NCBI RefSeq assembly: GCF_006345805.1
Contig: NW_021827686.1
Span: 1 to 10,058 of the forward strand
Source of the DNA: Octopus sinensis
Lineage: Eukaryota
Length of the DNA: 10,058 nt
Direction: 5' to 3'
Numbering within the stretch: position 1 is the first letter of the stretch; each line of letters begins with the position of its first letter. The notes beneath the pieces were generated by a model that worked only from the letters and a program-made list of their open reading frames with translations, ran no database searches and was not told the DNA's origin. The translations under genes and the position numbers were made by a program. Below, one piece after another: positions 8,084 to 10,058 of the stretch.

Positions 8084-8287
8084 AATAATAATAATAATAA
8101 TAATAATAATCTTTATTACTGAAGGCAGAAAGCCTAGAATTTGGTGGGAGGGGGATAGTCGGTCACATCTACCCCAGTACTTGATTGGTACTTAATTTAT
8201 CGATCCCGAAAAGATGTAAGACATCGGCGAAAGTCGACCTCGGTATTTCGTTCAGCGCGTTGTTAATGTCTCTGCCAGCTCACCGCC
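8084..8287 (-). mobile_element. tRNA-derived SINE, family A, with (AAT)9 tail and an internal deletion removing the B box
   Basis: Head ctgccagctcaccgcc (8272-8287); ccccagtacttgattggtacttaatttatcgatcccgaa (8172-8210); aaagtcgacctcgg joined directly to tatttcg. Tail at 8084-8110. Confidence 0.85.
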
Positions 8288-8292
8288 TTTAG

Positions 8293-8330
8293 TAATACTA
8301 CTACGACTACACTACTACTACTACTACTAC

Positions 8331-8381
<51 letters not shown>

Positions 8382-8397
8382 CAACAATAATAATAAT
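8293..8397. repeat. (CTA)n-(TAA)n-(CAA)n compound microsatellite
   Basis: Direct inspection. Confidence 0.95.
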
Positions 8398-8882
8398 ACT
8401 TATAAATGCCCTGATGCAGTACCAAACAATGGCTCCCATGGCTTCTGATCTTAACTGATTGGAAGTGTTATCATGTACAAAAGATGGGCTACAGCAAATA
8501 TTCTGCTCAATACCACAGATTTGCTTGTCATTTGTTTGACCTTAACCAGTTGACCATGTCCCTTAATAGCTGACGATATGTGCATCTCTGATCACGAGCA
8601 GAAGTAGTGGGGGAGCATCATAGCTGTGTGTTGAAAAGAATTCTTAGAGGTGTGGATTATTCACCTTTGGAAACATGTTTCGTTCAACATCCTTATTCTG
8701 GGACCTTTTGAGTGGGATGGGCCACTCGACCAGAAGAAAATTCTAACTGGGCCCCACCTGCAAGGTCATGTGCTGTTTATCTTGCCATGACATCACTATA
8801 TCGAGCACATATGGTTGTGATGCATGTGCCTGGTGTACCCTTATCAGACAAGTAGTCATGATGGGTATACTGGGCTTCATAT
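8398..8882. mobile_element. Unclassified interspersed repeat (retroelement-derived?)
   Basis: Complex-sequence block starting abruptly after (TAA)n with tacttataaatgccctgatgcagtacc and ending at ...gggtatactgggcttcatat. I recall this as a high-copy octopus repeat; this is unverified. No ORF, Pol III boxes or TSD found. Confidence 0.55.
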
Positions 8883-9145
8883 GAACAATCGATTAGTCGA
8901 CTGAGTATTTGTTTAACCAATGGATTAGTGATATAAGGAAAAGAAATATGACCAGTACGTATGTTTAGTATTGGCATCATGACCCACCCAAAATACAAAA
9001 GAACATGTGGAGTGTTGGCGATTTTTTCCTCATTCTTCTTTTTGTCTTGGACTTTTCTCTGTCTCCCGTTTCTGAAGAAGAGCTTTGCTCGAGAGATAAA
9101 ACGAACTTTTTTTCCTTCTCTGAGCGTTTTATTAATACTTTGAAC

Positions 9146-9203
<58 letters not shown>

Positions 9204-9217
9204 CATACATACATACA

Positions 9218-9249
<32 letters not shown>

Positions 9250-9299
9250 CATACATACATATATATGCATGTATGATTATATATATATATATATATATA
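9146..9299. repeat. (TA)n-(TACA)n-(TA)n compound microsatellite
   Basis: Direct inspection. Confidence 0.95.
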
Positions 9300-10058
9300 G
9301 CACCAAGAATCCTAGGATTGAATTTATAAATTTTTAATGCATTGCTACGCGCGTTTCCACAAATCAACTAACTTTTAAAGTCACAATCCGTATTCCTGAG
9401 ATTGTTACATCGTAGTCCGTAGCATCCGTGGACATCTGTTTGATCATCATCATTGATTCATTTCTTCAGGCGATATAACATTCGTGTATGAACCACATAG
9501 GAGTGTTTCTTCTCTTTTTACTAGTATGAAGGTCAAACGAATTATATGGGAATGACTGTGTGTATTTGGTGGGGAGGAGTAGAAGGTATGGGAATAGAGG
9601 AAGAGAGGAAGGAATGATAGTCATATGGGAATGGAGATGTGTCATATGGTGGTGGTGGTGGATTTATTTTGTTATTCATTCAGATTTTAAGGATCGGAGT
9701 TAAATTCTTTTCTTTGATTTCCTTTAAGGTAGGACAATCTTCAGTAAATTCTGAACTCAACAGACGGTCCAGTACTGCTGCAATGCAGTGTAGTTCGTTG
9801 ACTCCTTTCTTGCGGCGACCTCTTTCTTGTTTTTATTGGTATAGCGTTGTAGCATCTCAAATATTGGTTTATTTCTTTATTTGTTCGGGTTCCTTCGCTT
9901 TTCTATTATGTGTTATTTCGATTGAAAATATATTCTCCAAACTACATGAATGATGGGTTTTTTTTCTTATGTTTACACGATATGATCATCTCAGAGTGCC
10001 TTTTTGTCACGTTTTCCATGGATGTAATTATTTCTAGGGTTTCTTCTAGGCATAGGGT

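Noticed and set aside
8568-8610. CTGACGA hammerhead-like core
   Set aside because: No properly placed GAAA and no convincing stems II/III.
7124-9367. YIYI/MYVC-rich ORFs
   Set aside because: Translations of (TA)n/(TACA)n microsatellites.

Overview
Non-coding, repeat-dense animal DNA, most likely from an octopus. That call rests on my recollection of abundant Octopus SINE and repeat families and is not database-verified. I find no credible host exon; the long ORFs are translated microsatellites. The window contains: (i) very long compound trinucleotide arrays (GGT/GAT/AGT/AAT) and TA/TACA arrays; (ii) a decayed mariner (D,D34D-type) transposase on the minus strand at ~4345-5680, interrupted by a tandem SINE dimer (250-bp period, 10-bp TSD) and by a second tRNA-SINE with a perfect 13-bp TSD; (iii) a 111-bp mariner-type MITE; (iv) a 175-bp hAT-type MITE with an 8-bp TSD nested in a CORE-like SINE; (v) four older minus-strand copies of the first SINE family. 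All six copies of that family occur as abutting same-orientation pairs. I see no evidence for a new protein-coding system. The most interesting signals are the chimeric SINE dimer, the SINE pairing, the two small MITEs, a higher-order microsatellite repeat and a tight cluster of palindromes.
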